A stretch of DNA of 62,541 nt, filler included, from Basidioascus undulatus (lineage: Eukaryota), in NCBI GenBank assembly GCA_000826855.1. It is 4 parts of 4 records of this genome, joined end to end, with 100 filler letters (N's around TTAATTAATTAA, not from the genome) between each part and the next. Parts side by side here need not be neighbours in the genome. Positions count along the whole stretch, not along the records: positions 15,697 to 31,263 come from JTLS01000638.1; 3 more parts are not named here. One strand, given 5' to 3'. Of the stretch, positions 15,835 to 27,821 are shown piece by piece (the stretch's first letter is position 1; each line of letters starts with the position of its first letter). The notes under the pieces were generated by a model, which was given only the letters and a program-made list of their open reading frames with translations, was not told where the DNA came from and searched no databases. Both the position numbers and the translations under genes were made by a program.

Positions 15835-16444
15835 GAGGTTCTGGGGGAGGGACACACGACCGCAGCGTGAAGTTTGCGCTCAGCGAGACTGATCCATGCC
15901 CGGCTCTCGACGCGCTCGTTGTCGGAGCGGTAGCCGTCGAGCTGGGGCTTGCGCGACTCGGGGAGCGGGTGGGTGTCCTCGAGCCAGGAGGAGATGGAGG
16001 ATGCGGGGATGAGGTTGGGGGGCAAAGAGGGGGGGAGGAGGGCGGGGAGACGGCCTGATTGGTCCGTACGTTGGGGTGAGATATTGGAGTAAGAGAGAGT
16101 GGTCTGGTGTTGGGAGAAAGGGAGGGGAGGGGGAGCGAGACGCACCCTCCGGAGCGGCCTCTGGCTCGTTCACGTGCTGGATATCAAAGTCCACGCCGCG
16201 AAAGAGGAGGTACATCTGCCATTTCAGGCATTCCGCTGTCCTCCCTCCAATCATTAACCTAGATGTCAAATCGCGCGCAGTGCAGATCAAACGACGCACA
16301 GTCAAACGAGGGCCAGCCGGGTCTTGGGCCCGGGCCGTGTATCCAGAGGATGGGCTTGGGCGGGGGCTTGGACTGGGACTGGTGCAGGTCCTCGTAGACG
16401 TGCAGCGGGAAGTGCGCCCACAGCGCTTTCAGTGTCGCCGCCAT
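15697..16444 (-). CDS. SAM35: Sam35/metaxin-like mitochondrial outer-membrane SAM subunit, 3' truncated
   Basis: MAATLKALWAHFPLHVY, WPSFD/ECLKWQMYLLFRGVDF, APEGRLPALL, ESRAWISLAERKLHAA. The FPLxxY and SFDxxCLKWQ..P.G.LP motifs fit the Sam35/metaxin family. Confidence 0.75.
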
Positions 16445-16687
16445 CGTTGCAGATAGACCGGGTGGGAGGGTCAACGGTCGCGTCTTCTGGCGCTGCTGAG
16501 GTGCAGTCTGGTCCGCGGATTGGAGTTACAGTGGTCCGCGGAGTGCAGCCGAGCGACCACTTCAATGACGCAAGGTTCGATCGCAACGGCAGCCGTACTA
16601 CTGTTGCTGTCGCTGTTCAGCCAACTTGATCCTGCACCACCACCACCTCCTTACCCAACCAAATTACAGCAAAATATCTCTTTTAGA

Positions 16688-18000
16688 ATGTCTACAGGCA
16701 AGATACTCAACTTCAAGCTTCCCAACGGCTTCGCGTTCTCCCTCAAGCAAAAGCGTGAGCCAGTCCATCTCTATCCCCGGAGCGCTCCACCCCCTCCTCA
16801 CCTCTGCGCGCCCACCTTTCGTGCAGCCGACGAGGACCTGACCTCCCTCCGTGTGCGAGCTGCCAAGAAGGCGGATTTGTCACCCAGTGCAAGGGAGGAT
16901 CTCACGCTCAAGTACGAGCACGACGGGAGCCTCTTCTCCCTCGACGATGGTCCGTCCCTTTCCCCTTCTCGGAGTCTTCTCTTTCTGCTTATCATCCCCA
17001 ACGCGCCAGACGACGACCTCGAGATTTTCCAGTCCCGTGTTCAGAGAGTCGCGGAACCCACAATCCACATCACGCACCACTCGCTCTCCTCCCTCCCCTC
17101 CCACCAGCACCAGCACCAGCACCACTTCTCGCACTCCGCGCACCCTGGTCCCTCCCACTTCGCCCCCCCGCCGCCCGCGCCCGCCGCGGTGGGCACGGCA
17201 CTCGAACCCGCAGAGCGCGTTGACTCGCCCGGCGCGTCGGTGCGCAGCGGCAAGTCCTGGCGCAAGAAGGCCGCCGCGCCGCTGCCGACTGTCAATGGCG
17301 CGGGCGGCGGGGAGCAGCTGCTCGCTCATAAGCAGGCATTCAATGAGGTGCGTGCCGTGTAAGGATTGAAATCCGGGTGTGCGGGGAGGTTGACAATGTG
17401 TGCTACGCGCGTCCCAGTTCCACGCGAGTAATGGCGTCCGAGTCCTCACTGGCGACATCGGAAACGTGAAGGATGGTCTGTCCCATGTCTCCCCTCCTCT
17501 TCCCCCACTCCTGCCAGTAGCGCTCACACCCGCTCCCTCCCCAGTCCGCATGCTCCTCCGCTCCGGCTGGCGGCACATCTACATGTCGCGCTCCTTCGCG
17601 AAGCGGCACCAGTTCATCCCGCGCGACGCCGCCCCCGGCTCGTTCGGCTACCTGGGGCTGACCAACCTCGGCACGTGGCCGATCCGCGTCGGGTCCAAGA
17701 CGGTCGAGCACCCTGTCTACCTGTCCGAGATGGAGGAGGGCGCGGGCGGGCCCGGCGGATGGGACATCGTTTTGGGCCGCGCGTTCGTCGAGAAGCGGCG
17801 CGTCAAGCTCAGCAATATGGACATGACGAGCGTGGTCCTCGGCGACACGGGCGAGAACGTCGAGTGCGATGTCGTAGTTGTACGTTGTCTATCCCATCCT
17901 TCCGTTCATCTTCACCACCCCCGGATCGTTGACACTCGGCCCTTTGCCATTCTCACAGGTCCGGGACGCCGCGACTGGGCGCGAAGTGTCCATTTCTTAA
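16688..18000 (+). CDS. Hypothetical protein: N-terminal PB1-like domain, His/Pro-rich linker, C-terminal retropepsin-like domain lacking the catalytic Asp
   Basis: LTLKYEHDGSLFSLDD/DDDLEIF (OPCA-like), an (HQ)n linker, VRMLLRSGWRHIYMSRSFAKR...WDIVLGRAFVEKR. TAA at 18000. Confidence 0.7.
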
Positions 18001-18127
18001 TCCCCGATTCCCTTGTTATCACGTTTACCCGGACACCTGGACTATTTATAGTGTACTTTGATCGCACTTGCATAACGTATTGGAATCCCGCATAAAGTAG
18101 TGGAATGCCCCGCGAAACCCAAAGTGA

Positions 18128-21100
18128 TTACAAGAAGAGGAAACGCTTGGCTGCGTATTCTATCCGAGCGAAGATGGACGTCGTCTTCTGCGCCTCCGCC
18201 AAGCTGCAGAAGAGCGAAGTAATCCATCAGCGACATTTTCCTGAAAGAACAGCGGACCAATACTAAGTACCTGATGACCGGCTCGTGCTGTACCCCGTCG
18301 TCCAGGATATTCCCGATGCGTGCGCATTCCGTCTGCAGACGTCCCACAAGATGCTCGACCGCCTCTTTGCCTGCCACACCCGCCATCGCTTATCAGCCAG
18401 CCGCGCCCTCACACCTGCACCAACCTCAACCGCGCGCGACGTACTGGTCCTCGCTTCTCCCTCCCCATCCTCCTCCCCCTCGTCCGCGCGCTCCGGCGTT
18501 GACGCGCCCCTCAGATGAAGGAGCAAGTGCCTGGGGAGCGCCTTGAATGCGACGAACTGCGTCTGCCCCGGCGGGATGGCGCCGACGCCCTTGGTCTCGA
18601 TCGGCTGGGCCGCGTTGCCGAGCTCGCCCTCCTCCTCCTGCTGCTCCGGCTTCTTGCGCCTGCCGCTCCGCCGCGAGGGCGACGAGGAGGAGAGCGCGTT
18701 GCGGAAAGTGTAGGTCGTCGCGCGCGTGGACGTCTCGTCCGAGGTCTCGTAGCGGAGGATGAACCCGTAGTTGTCGTTTGTGTCGCGGCTTGCCTCTTGA
18801 AGGGGGGAGAGGATGTAGGCGCCTGCATGGGGCGAGGGGCGAGCTCACCGGCAGGCGTTGGAGCGACGAACAGCAGCAAAGAGGACATACCGCTCTGCAG
18901 GCCGACAATGTCACCCAGCAGGATTCGCGTGAAGGCGATCGGCTTCGAGAGCTGGTAGTCGTACGAAACGGCGTACACCGCCTTCTCGGTCTGCGGGGAG
19001 AGCCACCGAAACCAAAGGTGAGCTCAATGAGCATGCGGCTAAGCGACCTCGAGGACAAGGGCACGCACGAGGATCAACACCTTCTCCTCGAACTTGTCGC
19101 TGAAGCGCGTGTTGGACTCGACGGGAGAGAGGAGCGTCCACGCTGCCCGGCGCGACTCGCCCTCGGAGATGACCAACTGAGCAGAATTCTCGACTGACGC
19201 ACAGAGTGCATGCGGTCAGCATGGCAGCGCTTTCTTGAGGGGGAAGGGGACGGGATACTTACTCGCAGACGCTCGGATCTGTGCCAAGCGGTGGATCTCG
19301 CCCGGGTCGGTCGATTGCAGCTTCTCGACGAACTGAAGGGTGGGTAGCAGCATCAGCAGCTAGGCAAAGTCGACAAACGGGCGGACAGACCTCAGCGAAG
19401 ATTGACAGGTCCCGGTTGCCGAGTGCGCTGTAAATGCCTGTCAGCTCCAGGTCGGATACCTGCACGAAGCATTTGAATGCACTAGTCGATGCAGGCTTGC
19501 GTGAAGAAGTCGATGGTGCTGCAAAGCGCGGCTTTCGTCAGTGTCAACCTCAGCGGAGTGTAGAGAACCGTACGCACACGCTGCGGTACATGCGGGAGAT
19601 GCTGTTACGTGCGTCGTTGAGCATGCCCTGCCAGTCGCGCTTGCCGGTTCTGCAGGTTCACCATGAGCAGAGCTCTTCGATTGTGCTCAGCGGGGTATCC
19701 GCTTACCGAGTGAAGTCCCCCTTGAGCGCGGAAGTACCTACAAAGCGAGGGTCAGTGCCCGTCAGCACGCGGATGGCCGCGGGGAAAGAGCGCTTACCGG
19801 CATAGATGGTCGAGATGGCGTCTCCGTTGTTGGCCCAGACGTCGTTGAAGACGAGCTCGGCTTCAGTTTTGCCCGCTTCGAAATGACTGTGCAGCCCCAC
19901 GGAGCTGAGTTGATGTCCGAGGACGTGGCGTGCGATGGCGGACTGGAAGAGAGCTCCTGCAATGAGTCGGGGGTCCCCGGGCGAAATGTGAGAAGATACG
20001 GACTTGGACGACGTTCGTTCTGGCGAGGGGTCACCGAACTGTCAGTTTCCACTACGAGCTGAAGACCAGGTATGAGAACCGACCGGTCTAAGCAGTCGAT
20101 GCAATCTGCGTGCGGCAGACAGTCAGCCCTGCGCAGCCGAGCCGAGCTGAATGAAACTTACTGGTTCTGAACACCCCATTCTGCTCCGCCATAGTCGAAT
20201 CTTGCCCATTCTGCCAAAAGAATCTGGATACCACCTATAAGGTCCACATGCCAATATATAAAGAAAGTTGAAAAGCGCACCCTTGCCGCTGGAAGTCCGG
20301 CCCCAGCTGATCCAGCAGTTTGGACAAGTTTTCGTACTTCATGCCTCGGCACTCGTGGTGGAAGTCGAAGTTGAGGTACCTACAAACCAAATCAGCTCGC
20401 AGCTCGCCCACAGAATCGCGGAATAATTCCACTAACGTAAGGTCCTTCACGCCCTTCGCGTTGTCCTCGTACCCCTTCGACACGGCCGCCTCCTTGCCCG
20501 TGAGCTCCGCGAGGTTGATGGCCGTCTGCAGACGCGCGTCAGAGACGCTTTCGAGGGGCAAAGTTGTGCAGCTCGGAGGACGCACCGTCTTGCCGTAGAT
20601 GGACGTGACTTGGTCGAAGTGCTTGTTCAACGCCGCCTTGCTCTCCTCGGGCGTCCGATCCAGCACCGGCGCGGGCTTCAGGCTGTAGGGCGATTGCGAC
20701 CAGAAGAGGGGGATCTGAAGACAGCCGGAGCCGCAGTCAGCGTCTCATATGGGTGTACCGGAGGCTAGGTGGCGACACACCGAGCCGCGAATCTGCAGGA
20801 ACGAGAAGGTGTGGAATCGGCCGGCGCGCTGTGGGTTCGGATTCGGGGTAAGTGCAGGCCGGTCGAGCAGTGACGTGCATCGAGGGCGCTTACACGAAGG
20901 CGGACGGTCATCTCCGTTTCGCAGAAATTGGCGACTTTTCCGTCGGTGTCCGCGCCTGTTGCGACATCCGGGTCAGTACAGGCTTCAGCTGCCCAGGCAA
21001 CCTGCATCATAGCGCACCTCTCCGTTGATAGCGGAGGCCGGAGCGATCGCGAGATCCTGCGAGAGAGCAATCAGCTTCACTGCCATGACTTCTGGAATTT

Positions 21101-22575
21101 TGAAGGGAGATCTAACTAACGCCGCGAAACGAGAATGAAGTCTACGTGGACGTTCTCTAACTCGGAGGAGTCGACAGGCGGGCGGGGGGCGGCATCGGAG
21201 GTGGGAGTTGGCATGGAGGAGGCGGGAAGATTGAACGAAGAGATCGAGAAGAAGCCCTGTTGTCGAACTGTCAGCGAGCTGCTGCAGTCTCGCGCCGACA
21301 GACGGTAAACGATGGCGTGCCTGCATTAGGGGAATGATGAATGTGTGCAGCTGTGTTTGAAGTAACGTTTAGCTAGCTTTTCCTTTTGGTACAAAGTGAG
21401 CGGGATGCGCGCACCCCTGCGTCTACGAAAGGCTTCTGCAGCTCGGCGCTCCACCAGAAGCGTCTGTCGACGCGGCGCCAGAGGGGGAGGAAGGCGGAGG
21501 GCTCGACAAACGCCGCGTCGGTATTAGGTGTGGAAGGGGTACCCGACGCGGCGGCGAGCTTGTGCTTGCGCTGGAGGGAGGTCGTGATGTCTCCGGAAAG
21601 GAAAGTCGCTTCAGCGCGCGTGTGGAGAAAGCACTGCGCCTGCGGCCTTACCGAAGGACGTAGCAAAGTACGTGAAAGTCAGGAGGCGCGTCGTCTCGTT
21701 CACGATCTTCGCCTCGAGCTCCTCGTGGTTGTCCACGGGCGGGGCGTGCTCCGCGCTGGCGCCAGCCCCCTCGGCCGGGGCGTCGCTATCGCTCTGGCGG
21801 GACGGTTCCGTGCTGAGCTGCGCTTCGGGAGCGGGGTGCGCGAGCCCCGAGCCGGCCAGGGGGTCCGTCGGCGCTTCTCCCTCCTCCGCGCCTAGGACGG
21901 GCTCGGCGCGCTCGCGCGCGGGCGTCTTCACGTCGCCCGCGCACCCGGCGTCGCTCTCGTCATCTGAGGCGGAGTCCGAGTCGGAGGACTCGCCGTCCGT
22001 CTTGGAGGCGAGCTTCTCGATCGTCGCTTGCGCCTGCGAGGGTTCGAGAGGGATGGCTGTGACGCCTGCGACTTTTAAGACGGGACGGGAGGCGTCGAAG
22101 ACTGCGGGTGAGAGGATGGAGGTGAGCTAGCTGATCGAGCGCCCGTCAGGACTGCGAATGACCGGACGCACAATCGCCGATGTGGTCGGCCTTGGTAATT
22201 ATGAGGAGGAATGAGCCTGTGGAACGATGTTTCAGTTTCACCAGCGTATCGTCCAGCAAGCAGAACATGCTTACGCTCATACAGCCTCAGCAAGCCAGCG
22301 ATTCCCAGTGCCCCGCAGCTCACGCCTCCCTCGACCTTGTCCGCCTCCCTTAGCTCCTCAACGACCCCATCCCTCCCCCAGCCGACCCTAAAGCCCGTCC
22401 TTGAACCGCCATCGCGCGGGCGGACGGTCAGGCCGTTTTTCGAGGTAGAAACGAGGATGTGCCGGTGCGGGAGCTGGGGGACTGGGGGGACGCGGAGGGC
22501 CGGGGAGAGGACCGGGGAGGGCGCAGTAGCGGCGGGGGAGCGCTGCTGTGGCTTTCGGGAAAAGAACGCCTTCAT
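18128..22575 (-). CDS. SAC1-domain phosphoinositide phosphatase with hSac2 domain (INPP5F/Sac2-like), multi-exon
   Basis: PLWRRVDRRFWW, IALISRRSRDRPGLRYQRRG, VANFCETE, IPLFWSQSP, FDFHHECRGMKYEN, catalytic GVFRTNCIDCLDRTNVVQ (CX5RT), WANNGDAISTIYAGTSALKGDFTR, GWTLLSPVESN. Confidence 0.93.
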
Positions 22576-22856
22576 GAGGCGTGTAGAGTGTTTGGTTGTG
22601 GGTGAGATGAAGGTGGGAAGGAAGCGAGTGTGGAAGGAGCTTGAACAAGGTGAGCCCCCCTGGCAAGGCAGCCCCTGTTTGACGTCACGCTCGTACGATC
22701 TTGGACGTGTGTCTTCTTTCCTTTCCCAATACTTTGGGCGACAGGAGTCCTACTATGCATACGCTGCTCAATACCTTCAAATGAAAAACGCATGTGCCAC
22801 ATCAAGCAGCACGACAGCATCAACCCAACTTCAACCCGAGAATAACAGGGAATGCA

Positions 22857-23635
22857 TCACGCCGCGCCCGCCCCCTTCGCGCCCGTCCCCATCACCGCCT
22901 CGATCTGCGTGAGGTCCACCAAATCGAACCTCCGGCTCGTGCCCAACGCCTCCACGTCCCTCGGCAGCGTCTCCGACTTGTCCAGCACGATCCCGCACAG
23001 CTTGCGCTCCTTCCGCAGGTTGCGCGGGGAGGGGCCGGGCACGACGGTCGTCCCCGGCGGGACCTTACGCGGCTCGCGGTAGAAGCGCACCCAGCCCGGC
23101 TGCAGCGCGTAGAGCGTGTGATCGCGGCCCATGCCGACCTGTTAAAAAGGGGGTCATTGAGCCTGTCTAACGGTGCGCAGCAAGTGGGTGTGGGGAGACA
23201 TACATGCTGACCGGGGTGCCAAACCGTGCCGCGTTGACGGACGATGATGTTGCCGGGAAGCACATACTGGTCTATGGAGCAAGGTTGCGTTCAGAAGCTG
23301 AGACCACCAATTGCTCCCAGCAAAGTTCATGAGAAGTGGGACTCACCGCTAGTCTTCTTCAAACCCAACCTGCGACCCGCCGAGCTGCGGCCGTTCCTGG
23401 TGGAGCCACCACCACGCTTGGTAGCCGTGCGAACCTGGAGCTGACCTGGACATCCCACCAACCTCCCCAGCGTCAGATGAAACCGCCGCGTATCTCAGCG
23501 CGGGCGAAAGCGGGGCGGACCGGGGATGCCGCCGTCGAAGAGCTGGGAGCGGAGGGTGGGGAACGCGGTTTCACGGATCCACGCGCGGGATGCGGAGGCG
23601 ATGGACGGGCGGAGGAGAGACGTGAGGGAGGTCAT
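22857..23635 (-). CDS. MRP7: Mitochondrial ribosomal protein bL27m
   Basis: Arg/Ser-rich presequence, then ATKRGGGSTRNGRSSAGRRLGLKK, VLPGNIIVRQRGTVWHPG, GMGRDHTLYALQPGWVRFY. Confidence 0.93.
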
Positions 23636-24770
23636 TGTGGCTGGACGGTTGCCGCGGTGATGTGGGCGAGAGAAGGCGAAGCGAGAAGGCCAGGAAGGAG
23701 AAGAGCGGGTTGGTGTTACGTAAGCGACGTCGAGCTGCAGCGCCAAACAACGAGGGCTCCGCCGGTCACTGATGCCCGACGCATGCTGCCAGCTTGTGAG
23801 AGGAAGGCAAGATATCGCTCAGATCTTTCGTCTTGTTTGTTACATCCAATTACATTCAATCCATGCGATGGGTGCATCGAGGAAAGTAGATAAAAATGCC
23901 GACGGCCCCGACCAACATCGGACTGTTTCCTGCTCACTTTCCATTTTTGCAGGCCTTCACGATGGTTTCTCCTCTTCTATATGGCTGATGAACATACTTT
24001 TGCATAATCAACACATTGGGAATTTGTTATGCCGGCTCTCACGCTTCGTAGCAGGCTGAAAAAGGCACTCAAAGGTTCTCCAAGGCCCGACTAGGTGGAA
24101 ATTTTCCTTTTCTAGTCTTTACCTCCTTCAACCCCCAGCATACCCCCCGATGTTATTTGAGAAGTTGGTTGATCAATGTATAGGTTTGCAACGGCTCAAG
24201 TAACTGCTAAAATCCTCTATGCGACAGTAGTGCCGTGGTTTTCATCGCGGCGCGGATGTCTCCAGCACCGTAGCGCGACGCCCGCGATTGTACTCAAGTG
24301 ACTAGGCCGCGCCGCCCACGCCGCGGCGCGGCTTGTAGTTTCGATACCCTCAGAATAAGGCTTCTGGCCAAACGGTCGCGCTCGCCACCTTTTGGCCTGC
24401 AATTTGCGGGCGCGGGTGTGCAGATCTGGTTAGTTTGGAATGCAGCGTACGCGGTGGCTCGGGTTTCGGGCGTCCCCGGTTTTACCTACCTACCTACCTA
24501 CGCCGATGCATGAGCTGCGACAGCGTACTGTCCCAGGTCGCCGCTTCACATCAGATGGACCGCTTCTCCGCAACGCAGATCGTGTTTAGCCCTGATCCAT
24601 CACGCGACTGTCGATACTGTCCAGTCGTCCTTTGTTGTCTGCCTAGCTTCGTATTCTCCCTGTGGGACGGCAATTGCAGCGAAGGGGATGCCAGTGGATC
24701 CGTTGCTCAAGAAAATGATCAGGTGCCTCCTCAGCTCCCTTGATCGGTATTATGTTGCCTCGTAGCCTGC

Positions 24771-26420
24771 ATGAAGGGCATAGAGGAACAACCCGCTGGT
24801 TTCGCGTCGAAGGAGCTTGAGGCCCAGAATGGAGAGGAGTCTATGGCGGAGGGCATGCAAACAACTCGGTCGCCCCAAATGTCGCGCCTGCTGTCCCTCT
24901 CCGTGCTTCGCCAGTCACGCTTGATGGCGCTCAGCACCGACTGCATCGCGTATTTCTACCATGAGCCGGCTGTCTTGGCCGGTGTGAAGGGGAGGGTGTG
25001 AATGTACGGCGGGGACAAGGACTTGGGGAGTGCAGAGGGCGGGAAGCTCGACATCCTCCGCCGCTGCACCACCCTGCAGAACCTGGCGCTCTCCACCGCC
25101 CTCCCAATCAAAGAACTCGGCGTCGTCATCTCCTCGCTCTCCTCACTCGAGCAACTCACGCTCGAGCGCATCCCCCTCTGCGGTCTCGCCAAGAAGCTGT
25201 AGTCCAAACGCGGTCTGCGCGTGCTGCGCCTGGCGGACGTGGGGGGGGACGCGTCGGACCCCTCGAGCGTGGACGCGGACAACCGGGACTCGTACATCTC
25301 GCGCGTGCGCAGGCTGTACACGGAGCAGGAGCAGACGTTCGAGGTGCTCGACCTACGATCGCACCTCCCGCCCGAGACGATGCTCGGCAGGCTGCCGGAC
25401 TTCCCGCACCTCCGCAAGCTCCACCTGTCCTTCACGCCCTCGTCCGAGCCTGAGCGCGCCTTCCTCGCGTCCGAGATCGTCGGGGACGCGCTGTCGGCAT
25501 TCCTCTCCAGGCACAGGAAAGAGCCTCCCCACGCTCGTCCTCCACACGCCCGACCTCGACCCGCACGAGCGCCCCACGCTCCCGCTCGACCGCGAGCGCC
25601 ACATGTCGTGCCTCGTTGACGTGGACGTCGACCTTCTGATCGGCAACGACGATGGACTGTGGAGCAACGCGCCCCTGGACAGCGTCCATGTTGGGCTCAC
25701 ACTCACGCGCCCGCACGTGAGGACGCTCATCGCAAAGCTCAATCCGGATAGGCTGAGGGAGCTGCGCTTCTTTCTAAACGGCATGGGTGTGTTTCGTCTC
25801 ACTTCTGTACCTTGCCCAGGCCGGGCTGACTACCGGACTTGTGCAGAGCCGAGCGTCCTGGCGCAGCTGCATGGCTTCAACCGTCTCTCGCAGTGTGTCC
25901 TCCGCTCCCGACACCCTCCTTCCCCGCTAAACCACCTCCCCCCAGACTTTCCTGCCTCATCCAGCCCTCCCTAGGGCCTGTCTTCTGGCCCTCCACACTC
26001 GTGCCGAACCCTCTCCTCTCCTTCGTACCAGCCCTGACCTCCACTTCCCAGGCCGACTACACCCCGCACCTCGCCGCGCTCCCCTCCCTCGAGTCGCTCT
26101 GCGTCAACCCGCTCTTCTCCAATTCCGCGGGGAGCCTTAGGCCCTCGTCCATGCGCAAGGACGACTGGGCGAAGTGGCTGGCGGAGTGGGGCAGGAGGGC
26201 CAATAGCGGCGTGACGGCGATGGCGGAAGCTTGCGAGAAGCTTAAGAAAGTAAGTGTGTGCGCTCTGTTACCGTTACTCGGTCCGAGAGCGTATACGGGT
26301 TGGATGCTTGCGTGCGCAAGGTAATTTGGTTTGAAGGCACGAGTGGGTCGGTCTGGCGCATCAGCCGCCGCGATGGGTTTGTTCAAGTCGAGTATCTGCC
26401 GCAGGAGGTTGCTTGAATGT
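24771..26420 (+). pseudogene. F-box/RNI-like LRR gene with disruptions; ends approximate
   Basis: LxxLxL repeats (CTTLQNLAL, LSSLEQLTL, LRVLRLAD, FPHLRKLHL, LPSLESLCV). In-frame TAG at 25200-25202 with the frame continuing after it, and an apparent frameshift near 25520. Confidence 0.65.
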
Positions 26421-26648
26421 GGTTCCCGTTACCTTCCTCCACGTTGCTGCTCCGAATTCTGAACCTCAACTTCTTGTATCTCTGCGCTTGATCTCCGCTG
26501 AATACCATGTTTTTTTTCGTGAATCATCCGATGAGACGCTCCGCAGCTTGCCCCGGAGAAGTAGAAGTGCGCAGGGGTATCATGCAATGTTCAACATACA
26601 ACAGATTGGTAAAAGCACAGCGAAGTCCGACCACAGCGCCCCTCGAAC

Positions 26649-27547
26649 TCATTCTGATCCAGCGAGCTTCCAGAGGAAGTTGGACTGGAAGAAGGCGGAC
26701 GCGTTCTTCTCCAGCACGACGCTTTGGACATCGTTCTTCACGTCGTTCCCTACGGGTGGGTGTTGATGTGCAATATGAGCAAGATTCCGAGGCGATTGTT
26801 GGAAAAGCGAGAAGCGGAAGGGGACTCACGAACGAGGACCTTGCTGACCTTGCCTGCGTCGTCCGTCACGACCTCGAAACCCAGTTCCCGGCAAATCTTC
26901 AATCTCAGCCTGCGCCCGCTCCTCCAGCTTCAGCACGCACTGCCTCCCTTCTGCAAGACCGTAAAGAAGGTACGCACGCAGTCTGATCAAGCTCATGGTC
27001 CCTGCTCGGCTCCTCCGCCTCCACGCGGTCCCACTCCTCCCTCAAGCGTGCGAGGCTCGTCTCGCACTTTGCGACGGACTGCTCGAGCTCCTGGATCGAC
27101 TTGGCGAGTGAGAACTTCTTGGTGTCCTGCGCGTTGAGCGCCTCCTGGTGCTCCTGCGGCGTCGGGACCGACTGGGGCCGTTTTGCCGCGAGGCGGGCGG
27201 ACTCGAGTTGGCGGGTGAGGGCTGGCGAGAGGGGGTGCGTAAAAAGGTCAGAGTTCGGAGTTGATGTGAGATGGGAGGTCAAGAGGAGGGCGGAGGGGTG
27301 GACGCACACCGCAGAGTATTCCGAGCGTCCTCCTGCACTTTGGCACGATCGTCAGACCGCCGTTTCATGAGCGCGTCGGCTTGGTTGAGAAGGTCGATGT
27401 CTTTGCTCGGGTCGAGGAGGTCCATGGAGACTACATCTCGCATGACAGAGCTGGAAAGCCCGGGGACGGTCGGTCAGCGGCGCAAGGGGCGAAGGGGATC
27501 AGGAGTGGAAGATGGACGGACATTTGCTCGAACAGGGAGGAGCTCAT
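26649..27547 (-). CDS. SPC24: Kinetochore NDC80-complex subunit Spc24
   Basis: Coiled coil (LNAQDTKKFSLAKSIQELE), then LRLKICRELGFE...KVLVR...SAFFQSNFLWKL*, matching the Spc24 C-terminal pattern. Confidence 0.8.
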
Positions 27548-27686
27548 GGCGACGGGAGAGAAGAGGATACGGTCGGGGTTGAGCTGTATTCCTATAAGTT
27601 TCCTGAGGTTACAGGCGAAAATGGGGATATTGAGCGCAGAGGTCAAGCGAAAAGGCGATGGTCGAAAGTCAACATCCACAGATCGC

Positions 27687-27722
27687 ACGCGCCTCTGGGA
27701 CGCGACGCGCCTTTGGCCCGCC
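27687..27722. promoter_or_regulatory. ACGCG (MCB-core) cluster in the ~275-bp SPC24/MTO1 bidirectional promoter
   Basis: ACGCG at 27687, 27700 and 27705, followed by TTTGGCCCGCC. Function is inferred. Confidence 0.4.
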
Positions 27723-27821
27723 AGTTCAGGCCAAGTCTCGCTTGCTTACCGCCCACCACCTTCACCTTATACACCCACGCACACTCATACTGACCCGAAG
27801 TATATTCGCGGCGCCGACGAC

